Positions 20,725 through 34,558 of a stretch of 64,000 bases of DNA are shown piece by piece (within the stretch, counting starts at the first letter, position 1; every line of letters starts with the position of its first letter). The DNA is taken from contig JBHGNT010000005.1 in assembly GCA_043228905.1 (NCBI GenBank), positions 8,618,001-8,682,000 of the forward strand, read 5' to 3'. The DNA is from Azolla caroliniana (taxonomy: Eukaryota; Plantae; Polypodiophyta). Position numbers and translations under genes: made by a program. The notes beneath the pieces were generated by a model. That model worked only from the letters and a program-made list of their open reading frames with translations, had not been told where the DNA came from and ran no database searches.

Positions 20725-22793
20725 CTTCAATGTACTATGATAAAATTTAAATCTTAGAGCACTAAGTAACATTGACAACTTCAAAAAACATGTGGCATAG
20801 TGTCAAGATCACTATGCTATGCAAATAAAATTCTATGCTCAATAAAGTACAATTGTGTTCATTTATGTACTCTATTCCCCTATATTCAAAGAAATACAGG
20901 GAAAAAAGGATTTGTGTAGTTCTAAAATATACAAGTACACTAATAACAAGTGCAGTTTGATACACGTTAAAGTATATCTCTCTTTGTCTGTCGAACTCTT
21001 TATTAACCCCCTTATATTCAATATTCAAATGTTGTTCACTGAACCTCCCTTTTAGCTACTATTGTTAACTTTAGTTAGTTAAAGTTCTTTACACTCTTTT
21101 TTAAAACAATTCAAACATCCACATTTCCATGACCACTTTCTTCATTTTTTGTTGTACTTTTAAACCTCCTCCCTCCCTTATCATCATTACCCTCAAAGTT
21201 ATATAATGCTTACAACTTAGATCAATTTGCATGCTTAGTTCCTTCTAGCTCTTTATGGGAGGCTCAATTAATCGCTCTTCAACTTCAACTTCTCCATCTA
21301 AGGTAGGAGCTATTCTTACATATGCAAATTTCATATATTCCTACACATGCATACAACATGTTAAAAAATTCTTAATCATTTGTGCCATTGTTTTGGACGT
21401 CATTAATCAAGTGACATCTTTTTTCTTAGGTAATTGAGGATTTGAACTACTCATTTGGAAATGTTTTTGGCCAATTGAACCAACTTACTATCCTAAATTA
21501 TGCTTTGTAATAACTATTAAACTTTTCACATTAAATCATTTTGATTGGGCTAAATCTTAGTATGCATACTACTTCGTAAACATATTTATAATTATGAGAA
21601 ATATATAGGAGGTGTTACATGCTCGAGCACAATGTGAAAGCATTGTCATTGTACATCATGTTAAAAAGTAATTATCCATATGGATTAAAAACCACTTGCT
21701 CATAAACTCATGAGCTTTTAACATTGTAAGTTTCTTCATGTATAAACATGTTATGTAATCGTACTAGTGTGTGCTTTCTATGTGGGTTCAAGTTTTAAGC
21801 GATAGGTTTGATGTTGTGTTCATATAAAAAATTTGATAGTTTTAAAAATAAAAAATGTATAAACATGTCATTACATCGTAAAGTTGTGCTTTCTGTGTAG
21901 GTCAAAGTCTCAAGCAATAGGCTTGATGTTGTGTTGTATAAACAAATCTTGATTATTTTAGTTCGATATAACATACTCAAATAATTTTCTCCTTACAATA
22001 TTATTTTACATACTTTCCACAACCCAAAAGTTGAAAACAACATAATTGGCTTAAGGTTGTGCAAGTAAAAAGAACTTATAGAAGAGTGTGCATGATCAAT
22101 ATTAAAAAAATATGTGTGTATCTTTTTCTCTCTCTCTCTCTAAACTGTAAACAAGTTTGAGAGTATAAGTACCATACTTTGATACAATGCTCTATCTTTG
22201 ACCAACTTTAACTATGCTTTACACACATCTTCAACCCAACCTACACAATAGGACTACCAAACAATTGGAGCAGCAAACATTAATGAACAATGTAGCCAAA
22301 TTGGCCGTTATACAAATAGTGGATATGGTGGCCAACCAATTCTGTTTCTCCCTCTGTATCCCCCCCTCTCCCTCTCCCTTCCTCTCTCTCTCCCATTACA
22401 AATATGAGTATTATCTCTTATAGAGCCCTAACATTCATTTGCATTCAATCACATAACCTAGGTATTGAAGTTGCATTATGGCATCAAAATTAGCCAAATA
22501 TAAATGCATGTAAGGTATGCAAGGAAGGGATAGTAGAGGATGAGTGTCACTTTGCTTTTTACATGCTCTGCATATACTGCAATTCATGAAAGCTATGATG
22601 ATATATTAAGAGGGGCTGATGACTTGAGTATCACACTAAAGAGAACACATAGATGGTTGAGCTCATATGTGTATGCCTTATTCACACATCAACAATTTGT
22701 GCTTCAAAGTATCAATATCCCTTCTTAGGAAGGAGACACACATAAAGAAAGCTTAGGTTCCATGGGTCAATATTGACCTCTCTATGGACATGG

Positions 22794-22840
<47 letters not shown>

Positions 22841-22957
22841 CACACAATTATATTAATAAATGTGTGTCGAAAAAATTACTTACAATTGGTGTCACAATGA
22901 AAATGATCACCCACTAACTACATGGTGGAACATGTTGAATTGCCTAAAAGCCAATAT

Positions 22958-22991
<34 letters not shown>

Positions 22992-23099
22992 GTGGTTTCC
23001 ACTATCGCATCAAAGTCATAATTTCAAGATGACCGAAGCTTGATCCTCTCCATGAGCTAGGTTCCCATCTCATAGGTTGCAATCAGTCTTCAATGGACG

Positions 23100-24050
23100 T
23101 TTAAAATACATCTATCTATCTCATGAGGATAGTATTGAGTTTTAGATATATGCAAGATAAATGGCTTGGAAGATGGGATGAACGTGAATGTGCTCGTAAT
23201 TCAACGTGGCATACGACATGTTTGTTCTTGATCACACCATAGCTTTGAACATTCGATAATTGCCTTTGCTCAATCTCAAGTAGATTGATATTGGCATACT
23301 AAGAGGATTCATTGTGCCCATGTGGAATCATTCAAGAACCTTGGTGATGTACTCAACCTTAGACAAATGAATCCAACAACTCTTCCCATCTTGAGCAATT
23401 TGTATATCATTTTTATTCCTAACTCCTTCCACTGGAAAGCTCCCAAATGTCATCCATGGAGTTTCCTTCAATCAACATGTCCTTCACATACATGACTTGA
23501 AGGATTAGCGTAGCATCCAAGCACCTTTTTGTGTATAGGCAAGAATTCTTCTTGTTGCAACAAAATCAATTTGATTTAATGAACAAGTCAAACTTTTGGT
23601 ACCACTAGTGGGGTGCCTACTTCAAGTTTCAGAGGCTCTTCTTGAGCTTTCAAACCATCCCCTATTTTTCAAGCTCATCAAACCCATCTCGTTTCTCCAT
23701 AAACACCTCCTCTTTGAGGCACAGAAAGGAAGAAAATCTTCATATCTATCTAATTAAAATACATGTCCTCATTGTGCTCAATTGCAAGCAAAATCCATGG
23801 AGTTGTCATCTTCATAACAAGGGGTTGATGTCGTCAAAACCTATCACATGTTGCTACTTGAATCCTTTGGCAACAATCCACACTTTATACTTAAGATTTG
23901 GGTTGTTTGATGTGTTCTTCAACTTGTAAATCCACTTACACAAAATACCCAATTGTCCTCTCTTAATGATACTAGTTTCCACTTATAATTCTTCCTAATC
24001 AACTCCATCTCACTCTTCTTGGCAAGTTCCTATTTTCCCTTATCATTGAC
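23100..24050 (-). pseudogene. Heavily decayed Ty1/copia reverse transcriptase remnant
   Basis: The minus strand at about 23800-23960 reads CKWIYKLK...KYKV*IVAKGFK*QHVIGFDD...VMKMTT. Boundaries are approximate. Confidence 0.6.
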
Positions 24051-24899
24051 CATCATAGCCTTGTTGAGATAACATGCTCAATCACAAATCACACATCACA
24101 CTGTGAACACACACTCCCCATTTGTGTGTGTGTGTTTGTAAGTTCATTTTCGGCTTTGTGAATGGGAGTTGGAGATGACTTTGCATTGAATGAAATTGAT
24201 ATCATAGATATCCAAGGCAAACACCTTGCAATATTATTGGACGATTGTGTCAATGGAGTGAACTTTCATGTAGAATATTATCATAGTAAATTAAACAATT
24301 AGAATGTGCTAATGGGAGAGAAGTACTATCTATTGTCAATGTGACTTAATAACCAAAGGAACGTGAAAAATTGTCAGCCAACAATACACTCCTATCTATT
24401 CATTAACTAACTATGCTCACATACAAGCTATAGCTCAAACACTTAATATGAGCGCCCATTTTTTGAGCTCAAGGTCGTGAATGTCAAAGTTATGGCCAAG
24501 GGTATATGGAATAGAATAGAATAGTTTTTTTATCGTCCACAAGGAAGCCAATTTGACTTGAGGGTCTAGATAAACATATCATCTTGTATGTGACTCTTTC
24601 CTCAAAAAAGGGGTCACAACTCTATAGAAAAAAATAAAATCAATGTGAAAATAATGTGCGGACACATGTGCTCACTCTTCTTTGTGGGAATTTGTGTATA
24701 ACACTTAAGTGATCATGCTTGTATAATAAGTCATCTTAGTTCTCATGAATTACCTCATTGAACATGCAAGAAGTGATATTCATCCTCCACTAGGTTTTCA
24801 TTGCATACCTTGAGTATCTCCATATAGCGTGATGATTCCATGCTACCTCAATACCTAACTTGTGTGAGCGAGTTTGAAGAAGTTTTAAGTTATTTGGGG

Positions 24900-27400
24900 G
24901 CTAAGACTCATAAGGGTAGTAAGTTATGGTTGGATACATTTTGGCTTTTTCGCCTTGTAAAGGGCCCAATATTGGGGGAACTAACATTTTGACATCTTGT
25001 CACTTTATCCTTAGTACCTTTAATAATTTGTCCTCACAAATGATCACATACTCGTAATATCACTTAACAACTCCAATAGATTTTCTACTCCCCATATTTT
25101 AATCCATTTCATTATGTCAAGTACTAAATTATATGAGAATATTTTGATCATATTAGTTTTTTTTACATTGCATTATATGTTCCAAACATGTTTTGGCAAT
25201 CTATGAAACTACATATGTCCAAACATTTTTTTACTTTTATGATATTCATGTATTCTATTTGTAGGGCTAGCATCCCTAAAGACTATGCACTTATTTCTAA
25301 TAGCATTACAATATAGGAGGATGAGGATTTAATTCCCAATTGTCTACGTGAGAACAAATTTTTAATCTTCTCTATTTCATTCCATGCACTAAGTGAGATA
25401 GTGCCACCCCCTACCTCCACTCCATAAAACAACACCTGGACCACCATAGCATTGAATACCATCAACATCACTTCCCATCATTGAGCAACATATTGGTTGC
25501 ATTGATTCTCGAACATATAGTAACTATTCAAACCCGCTTGATCACTAGACTTATAGCACATGTTCCACCTATTCGTCGATGGGATATTAATACCAAGATA
25601 TTTGAAGATGTTCACAACTTGTATTGGTTATCCCTTGTATGTAAGGTGGGGTATAAGTCTCGTGGTTGTATTGCTTTTATTGCCATAATTTATTTTGTTT
25701 AGTCCACATTGACAATTAACCCTCTAGTTTGACAGAATGTTTTCAATTCATCAAGCATTGCATATCATCTAACTGTCGGCAACAGTTCGGTTTGAACCGA
25801 GCTGAACCGCGAAACTGCGGCTTAACAGTTTAAGCGGTTCAGTTTGGTTCGGTTCAAGTTTAGGTTTTTTTAGACGGTTCGGTTTGGTTTCAACAGTTAG
25901 AAACCGTAGTTTAAATAGTTTAACGGGTTTTTTTAATTTAAAAAAATTTAAACAATCTTTTCATTTTCAAGCCTTATTCTCACATTTTAGGAAAATCTTT
26001 AAAATTTTGGAAAATTAAAATTTAAAATAATGAAATATTTTAAATTTTAAATTTTAAAATTTGACCTAAGTTGAAAATCAAAACTGAACCACGAAACCAC
26101 AGTTTTAACAATTTAATAGTTGAACAGTTTGAATTTTTTTTAACGGTTCGATTTAGGTTTGGTTCAAGTTTCAAAATTTTTAAATGGTTCGGTTTTGACA
26201 CTCTCAAATCGCACCAAACCAAACCAAACCGTTGCCGATTGTTAATATCATCCAAAGTATATGAGAGTAAAACAACATCATCAACAAATAGGAGAGTAAA
26301 AATAAGATATCATATGAGTTTTGGGCCATGTAGTCCTTCTTTTGCACCATTGTTTACTATTTCTTCAAGTATCGATGCATAAATCAAAGAGTGTGGGAGA
26401 AAGTAGACACCCTTGCTTGGCCCTTATGTTGCTCAAGGAATGCCTCAATAGAGCACTATCCATTTCCAATTGGCACCTAACTTACCAATACAACCATGAT
26501 ATTGTTGTTCTATACTTTAATGCACTCTAACCTACATCCATTTTTTCCAAACCTCACTCTTTGCAACAATGTCAAAGGCTTGCTTGAAGTCCACAAAATA
26601 ACAATATATTGTTCTCCCTTGAAGTTAACTTTTTCCATAATTACTCATAGTATACCAAATGTTTGGCAATGCATTGTTTTGGTCTAAAGCTTGTTTGACC
26701 AAGTGCTCATTTGCAATGATTTTCAATGCATGAGCTAATCTTTTATTCCATTATAGTGCTATATAACTTGGATATGATCGAGCTTACCATGATAGTTTGA
26801 TAGTGGTTCTAACTCCTCCTTTATGGTTTGGTCCAATTCATGAGCCGACCCTCTCAAAAACCTTGCTTGATTGCTTGATTGATGGATTTATGATAGTTGG
26901 TTATATCCATTGCCAATTGGTTTGAACCTGAACTTGTCCATTTCAAAAGCTCATTTGTCAATAAGGTTGCATTCCCCACTTTGCCATTAGACATATTTCC
27001 CCCCCTCTATTAAGTTCTTCAATGGACACATATGCATTGCATGCTCTTTCCATACTCCCATTATGTACATATTGTTCCATCTCGCCATTAGTGAATTCAC
27101 CCATTATATGTTTTTTTCCCCTTGAGTTTTCTCTATCCTAACTTTGGTTGGAGTTAAAACATTTGCTTTTTCTTCCTTTTTGGCATTTGATAATATTTCC
27201 ATTTCTTTCTCCTCACCATTCTTCGATATTGATGCAATATCCAGACTTTTTCATTTTTACGATATGAAGAAAACTAAAGTTCTAGCTCAAGATAAAAAAG
27301 TGACAAGAAGATCAAGGAGCACCAAGAGTGATCTTTATAGCCGTTAGCTTATTTAGGTTTTTTCAACACTAAATGGCCACTCAAGCTTTTGTTTTCTCTT
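24900..27400 (-). mobile_element. Decayed non-LTR retrotransposon (LINE) RT region, interrupted by a MITE
   Basis: Minus-strand KQGCLLSPTLF (about 26390-26420), LLFVDDVVLL (YADD equivalent, about 26265-26295), and FNAMVVQVLFYGVEV..WNEIEKI (25283-25471). Boundaries are approximate. Confidence 0.75.
25770..26244. mobile_element. Non-autonomous hAT-type MITE (475 bp)
   Basis: TIRs TAACTGTCGGCAAC / GTTGCCGATTGTTA, perfect 8-bp TSD ATATCATC (25762-25769 and 26245-26252), many subterminal AACCG/CGGTT motifs, AT-rich core. Confidence 0.88.
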
Positions 27401-27420
27401 CCTTTTTGTCTATTTCATTT

Positions 27421-27743
27421 TCCTTTCTTAACAATGCCAATGTCATGTTATTGGAAAGGCATGGGAACTTAATTGTACAAATAATACTTAACATCTTCCT
27501 CACCTAATGATATCTCACTCTTATAATGAGTCATTGATCATTGAGGTGTGGCAAGGGTATGACCTCCATTAGTGTGGGAATGCCAATGTCATTCCTTTCA
27601 TAACAATGCCAATGCCATGTTATCGGAATGGCATGGGAACTTAATTGTACAAATAGCACTTAACATCTTCGTGGCCTAATGATTTCTCACTCCTATAATG
27701 AGTCGTTGATCGTTGAGGTGTGGCAAGGGTATGACCTCCATTA
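27421..27743. repeat. Diverged tandem duplication, 172-bp period, 2 copies
   Basis: 27421-27571 matches 27593-27743 (aacaatgccaatg...gggtatgacctccatta). Confidence 0.85.
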
Positions 27744-30562
27744 ATGGGGCGACGTCAACAAACAACATGTTCCATTTGTCTAGTTGGAGAGCATGTCTTT
27801 AAGCAACCATGGCTCAAATTTTTGTTGGTAAGATGAGAGTAGGATTACAAGCTGTATTCAAAGACCAAGTATTTATGTAGGGAAAAGGAGAAACCCCAAC
27901 TTAGGTGGTTGTATGCATGAGGGAAGTGGTGTCAAATAGACTAGTGGTTTGGTATGTGGATATATTGTCATGACCATGCTGAATGTTGCTTTAGTGGTGT
28001 AGTTATGAGGAGGTCATTCCATTTTGGTGGTGGTGAAATTCCTGCTAATGTTTGTGGAGCTAGTGGAACTTGTAGTAGAGTTAGGTGGTTTAGCAATGGA
28101 TGATGAGATGGTGACGTTTCATTGTGAATGCTTAGCACATGTTGCTGGGCCACAAGAAGAAAGTGGTTAAAGTCTCTGGATTTAGGAATGTTACAGAAGG
28201 GTAAGGGACAATAATTGTCTTCATAAAAACTATCTTAGAAAAAGCACATTTGCGTAGTTCAGTTTATTGTATGTAAAGTGTGGATTTGTAGGTTCAAATC
28301 TTGCATAACTAACGGACTATACACCTCACTTAGTGAATACACCTAGTGGTTTTGTTGCCTTTTCACACATCTAAAAGAATTTTCATGAAAGTGTGTTGAG
28401 TGTTATGTAAAAGGTATCCCACAAACTTGGTGATGTGCACGAGCATTGTGATTTGCACCTCTAGCTCCAAGCCCATTTTCAAACACTTAGTTTTTTCAAT
28501 GATGCCAACAAATTCATTGATGTTGGATGCGTCAAAATCAAATACCTTCATCCAAATCTCATACAACCTCATCATCAAATAAACTTTATGTGAGGTGACG
28601 CTCTTCTCTTATATGGTCCACACCTTTCCCTACACCTCCTTAGTGCTTTCATGATCTGAAACTAAAAAATACACATTGTTCGTTGATATTTGACATGGCA
28701 ATTTAATCTAGTTTCGTCCATTCTTCATCATCCATGTTTGTGGGTCTCTCCCATCAATTAGCTTCCGCAAGCACCTTTGAATTAGAATATTGTGGTTATG
28801 ATTCTTCCATAGAGGGAAGTTGGTCTATAGCCTTTGAGGCTTCTGTTCCTTGAAACATGAAGTCCCCTTAGGAACTTCCCATTTATCATGTGCCTCTATA
28901 AAGATGATAACATAGTGGCAATCTTCTATGTCAACTCTAGATGTTTGTCAAGGAGTTTAGACCATTGTATAGCCGATTGATGGAGAGTCAAGGAAAGTGG
29001 TTGGCATAACCTTGCATATCTAACCTAAAGAAATCTAACTCAACTCTCTCACAAGCTATCCTCACCAACAAGCTAACTAATGCCTTATTAAGGCTTAATT
29101 GTTAGACTATGTAGACGAGTGAAAAGAGTACAAGCACATAGACTAACCACACTTTGATTAATGTAGATTATCAACACACATACAAGATAGAGCTAGATTA
29201 AGGTTTGGGTCAAATATCATTTAACATTAATCAATCAAAAGTATGAGAGAGAGAGAGAGTTCAAGCTTAGGTCTAAAGGGAATCAAAAGTTTGGAGCATC
29301 TAGAAGTGGAACTAAAAAGGTCTAAAGTGATCTATAGTTCGTTTACAAAAGTATTGTCTTTCTTTCATTGAGTTTTGTATGATTAGGGTCGCACCTTGTC
29401 CGAAATCTTGTCTTCACTCAACGGCTAATTACTCTCCCACCATTTTGCTTCTTGTGGTTTTGTGTTCAACCTCCTTGCAAGCATAATTATATCTTGCATT
29501 TCCATCCTTCCTTTGTTTGGAATAGATGAACCTATCAATCACTCTTATGCTACTTTGTTGGAGATGTTTGACACACTCGCCTATCGTTCGACTTAAAGTA
29601 ATAATTCTACAACAATATTATGGAAAAAAGAAATACAATGGTGATACCACAACAATGATATAACACGCAGGGAGATGATATAGAGTCATACAAAAACACT
29701 AAAGTTGTCTACTTTACTATTAATAAAACTTGGCCATGATGTCACAAACTGCGTTCAGTTACAACATTCATTATTAACACTTTTTAAACGTCGAGCCACT
29801 AGTCAACTCTACATTTACTAAATGAAAAGGTTTTGGTGTTGTTTTCAATATGTCATATTTTACTGTTTCGGATAATAATCATAATTAGGAAGTGAATGGC
29901 GTTTTCAAAACTGAACCATGTTCCATAATCTTCAAATATGTTAGATTCATAAAGTTAATGGCTATTTGATGTAAATGCAACTTGTACAGTGGCTTAGATA
30001 TTTGTTTCCAAATATGAGTTAAACACACACCTAGGAAGTCCATGACATCACTAATCTAGGGGACAATCCCCTTGGGATTTGTCAATGTATGTATAAGTTC
30101 TAATTCACAACAGGAGTGATAGAGTCCATTGGCAAAAGCATCCATGTGTTATAGCAATATTTTACATCCCATTTGGGATCCTAACATGCACCCAACACAT
30201 ATCACAAACCACACTCACATATGAAGTTGTGAGAACATCAACACCACTTCCCAACCATCGTGCTAATATGACATAGAGATAGTAGTGAATGTGCCCATAT
30301 AACAACACCCCATACCACCAATGTTGTGATGTGTGAGTTGTACACCACCTCTATCTCCATTATAGAGTACTTTTGTTTAGTTAGATTTAGCTATTAGTTG
30401 GTGACCATTATTCAGAAATCCATCATCTTGTCTCTCAAATTTGCTACAACCATGTGAAGGAACAAAACCATATGCATAAATATGAATGCAGAACTCTTTA
30501 CCGAATATGGTGATCAAAGGATTGGTGCCCTAGCACGAGGCCACAATCCCATACAACGAGAG

Positions 30563-30563
<1 letters not shown>

Positions 30564-30640
<77 letters not shown>
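30564..30640. repeat. Compound microsatellite (TG)n(GA)n
   Basis: Read directly. Other (CT/GA)n tracts occur at about 15266-15295, 22797-22834, 22960-22988 and 33468-33505. Confidence 0.95.
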
Positions 30641-30643
<3 letters not shown>

Positions 30644-33017
30644 ATCACAAGTTACATATCCATAAACTATAAAAAAACAATGCCCCTAAAAATAAGGTCA
30701 CTAGTCCAACTGATTATAGTAACTTGAGAAGTAGAATAAACTTCTCCTCGACGGGGTTTTTTGATAATGTGTTGAAAACCACATAACATTGGCCACACAT
30801 GACTAAGTGTGAGAACAAAGCAACTACAAGGTCATCAATCCAACGAATGCGATAACAATGTTGAAGGTTTCTATGGGCCTTTTACACTACCTACCTCCAG
30901 TATGATGTCTAAGGACATGATAAATCTTAAATATGTTTGATCTATCTTTAACATTTTGTGTCATAAATTAATGCCTAAATTGCTCCAATAAGACTTTGCT
31001 CCTAGTGATTAAGGGTTAGTTGAGATACATATGAAAAGTGATTCTAAATATTCTCTTATGTTTCTCCATGAATACAATGGAAATCCGAAACACAATAACA
31101 TAGTGTGCTCATTTTTCCAACATACAATGGACACAATCATGTAAATGATTGTTATGTGGAGATTGTGACACTAGGAAACATAATGCTACATTAGTAAAGA
31201 ATGTGTTATATATAAGTTATACTTTACCACAACAAGCATAAGTTCATCTTGTATTTTGTTATAATATGTAAAAAATGCTTGCTCCATTATTTGGCATCAT
31301 GATATACACCATCACATAAAGACAATAGACCATCGTTTCTAACTAGTGGTGCTCATAATTTATGCAAACAGGGAGTTTTTTCTGCAATGCATAAATGAAT
31401 ACACCTATTAAAACCTAGTTGATGCATTTAAGGATGATTTGTTATCACTAATATTTGAAATGGAATGAAGAAGTTCATTATTTAACTACATATATTCCTT
31501 AAGGATTAGTTTAGTACTCTACTAGTTTGTTCCTTCAATCAATAAATTAAGCTGAAAAAACTGCTACCATCAACAATAAAAGCATCAAACAAATTTGTTC
31601 GCATCAATATATCTATCCTTAAAAAATCAAGTGGCATCTCTAAAAATGTACTTTACTAACACACATAATATAATTAGCTAACTTAATGTTCTTTATTTTT
31701 GCTTGGAAAACAAGTTATGAGTCATGACTGGTGTTTTTTAATGCGATTAATTTATTAGAGAAGACATTGAAACACATGTGCTATATTGTTGCCTTACATG
31801 ATGTGGGTACGTTCCCACAAGTTGTTAGCTCAACACAATTCTTAGAGATGTATTTTGATCAATTCAAATCTCTTGCTTTACATCAAGAAATAACAATGTC
31901 TTTGGGCATTTGTTGGGTTGTTGTTTCGAGATCTTGTTTCATAGGCACTTAGTATATAACTCCCAACCAATTTGTGAAAGCTTGGGCACCAAACCAAAGA
32001 ATAGGGGGTGGTGCAATGCAATTAAAATAAAAGTGATCATAACTACATATGTTATTATTTTACCTCAACAACATTAAGATAAAATGGGATCACATCCCTT
32101 AGTAGTTAGTCTCTTTGAAACATTCGGAATGTGTCTTCCATGTTCCATCTTATTAAAGATGCCAAATCATCCAAAAGTAGATCAAGGCAATTTTATACTA
32201 CGCATATGCCATAGCAAAAAGTAGATTCCACATATCAATATCCATGCACGTTAATGCAACATAGTCAATCGAGTCTCCAATAATGTATTCCGTTTGGGTG
32301 ATAATGGCATCTTTTTGACAATGTGATGGGTCATTATCAGATCTATAGGGGGGTGAGTTCCTTTCATTAGAAAAAAGAAAAAAAAGAAACAAAAGAAAAA
32401 AAAGAAAAAAAACAGTGGGACCTAAAATGCCACGTGCCTTCCAATATGTGTTTGAGGAGGGTGTTAGTCAACCCATAAGGCATCTCCTACAAAATTGGAG
32501 AAAAAGGTGAGCACTTATCTCAAGAATGTTATGTGAGGGGTGTGATGAGTCCTGACACAGGATTTTGTGTGGGGGGGAAATTGTCAGTCCCTCGATAAGG
32601 TTGCAAGGTGGGGCAAGGGTGTAATTATTATTATATGTCAAGGCAGATGGTTACGACGACCCGATAACCGTATGTCGTATGTTTTGCAAAAAGAGAAAAG
32701 AAAAGAAATGGAATGTATTGAGAAGGTGGAGTGAGTGGTCTAGTCAGGAGGCTTATCGTGTTGGTTGGGGTGCTTGGGTGCAGGAAGGGTAAGTAACGTG
32801 CGTGGAGATTGGGCGGGGCCGTGAGGATCAAAGGGAGTAGTGCAGTGCGTCCACCGCGAGCACACACAACACACACACACACACTTGTACTAGGGACCGT
32901 GGGCGCTCTCTTGCCATTTGAACGGTGGGTCCCGGGGGCAACTCTCTCACACTTGAGCCGTGGATCCGGGGGGCACATATCCAACCAACGAAAAGGAAGG
33001 AAAGAAAAAAGTGTGTG

Positions 33018-33048
<31 letters not shown>

Positions 33049-33464
33049 CCTTAAAGAAAACAAAAGAGAGGGAGAGGAGTTATGGTGATTATGATGATGA
33101 GCTGTCTTGGCTTTCGGGTGATACGAAAGGCCAAAGGGTGCTGCTGCTCGTCGTCTTCCTCCACCTCCTCCTCATCTACTCCTCCTCCTCCTCCTCAAGA
33201 AGAAGAAGAAGAAGAAGTTGATGGGTAAGGAAGAACAACACCAACAAAAAAAAAAAAAAACACATACAAAAACAAAATGGCAATAAAAATAAAATAACTA
33301 AATTTATTCCTCTTTTTACATACATACATACTGATATATATGTATTTTGTTTTTTTTATTTAATTTAATTTAATTTAATTTTTTTTAGACACAGCAACAA
33401 TAATAATAAAGTCATTTTTTATTTTAAAGAAAAGGAAAAAAGGAAAAAAAAAAGGATTGTTACG

Positions 33465-33508
<44 letters not shown>

Positions 33509-34558
33509 CTGGGAAATAAAAAAAGAACTCAAATTCGGAAGCGGTCTCTAGTCGCGGCGTCTGTATGTATGTATGAATGTCTGTATGTGTGCGTGTCATC
33601 TGTACTGTGTGTGTCTGTGTGTCTGTGTGTCTGTGTCTGCGATTTTGATGCTCGATTAAAGAAAATACACTTTCCTCCTTCCCAATTATCCATTTCCTTT
33701 TCCGGATCTTCTGTTTTTGTCTTTCTCCCCCCCCCTTCCCCCGCCTTCTTCAATTCATTTCATTTCATTCATTCATTCTCTGTCTCTCTGTCTCTCTGTC
33801 TCTCTCTCTGTGCATCTCGTTTGTTCTCAAAGATTACAGAAGCTGCAGCCTTCGCTTCCTCCTTCGCTCTCTCTTCCAGTCTCCTCCATCTCTCTCTCTC
33901 TACTAGGATGGCTCTAACCTGCCGCCACTAGGAAGAAGAAAACGCAAGAAAAAAAATCTCAATTGCATCCAAGGAAGTTCATTAGGTTTGTCGCATAATA
34001 TAAGGGGTAAGGGAGGGATGTATTCCTCAGGCCTAGCAGAAAGGCGAGGCCAAAACTGAAGGTAATCTGAACGCGGGGGAAGAAACGGTATCCAAGAAGA
34101 GTATGCTGAAACCAGAAACGTTTCAGGGTAATTATATCAGACTAAACTGCTCACTTTTCTTATCAAGAATTGTACGATTAGAGCAAGAGAAAGGGAATTG
34201 TTTTTTTCCGTAAGCAAGAAAGGAACGGCATTCAAGAGGCGAATCCTTGAAGCCAGAAGCCAGAATCTAATCTCAGTAGAGAAATTAAGAGCGTTTCCTT
34301 TTAGCCAACAAAAGAAACAGCATCCAAGAATAAGCATAGGTTCAGGAAAGGGGGCTTCTGAGAAGCATATACTTCAGAGCAGCGAACGATATAATTGTGT
34401 TGGAAGACAGTGTTTCCTTAAGGAGTAAAAGAAACGGCCGCATACAAGAACTATATGATCACTAGATAAGAAGGCAAATCTTAACGTAACACAAGGAAAG
34501 GCTTTCCTTAAGCACGTTGCAACAGGCCCTGCAGATCAATCACTCTAGTTTCTGCTCG

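Noticed and set aside
27900-32400. Genes or classifiable TEs in AT-rich, CpG-poor sequence
   Set aside because: Only short ORFs with no recognisable motifs or termini. Probably ancient TE debris.
32431-32436. G-box CACGTG as a kinase promoter element
   Set aside because: A single hexamer about 2.1 kb from the ATG is expected by chance.
32631-33931. Small ORFs upstream of the kinase
   Set aside because: They are translations of microsatellite and low-complexity tracts (YIYIY, CVCV, LSLSL).
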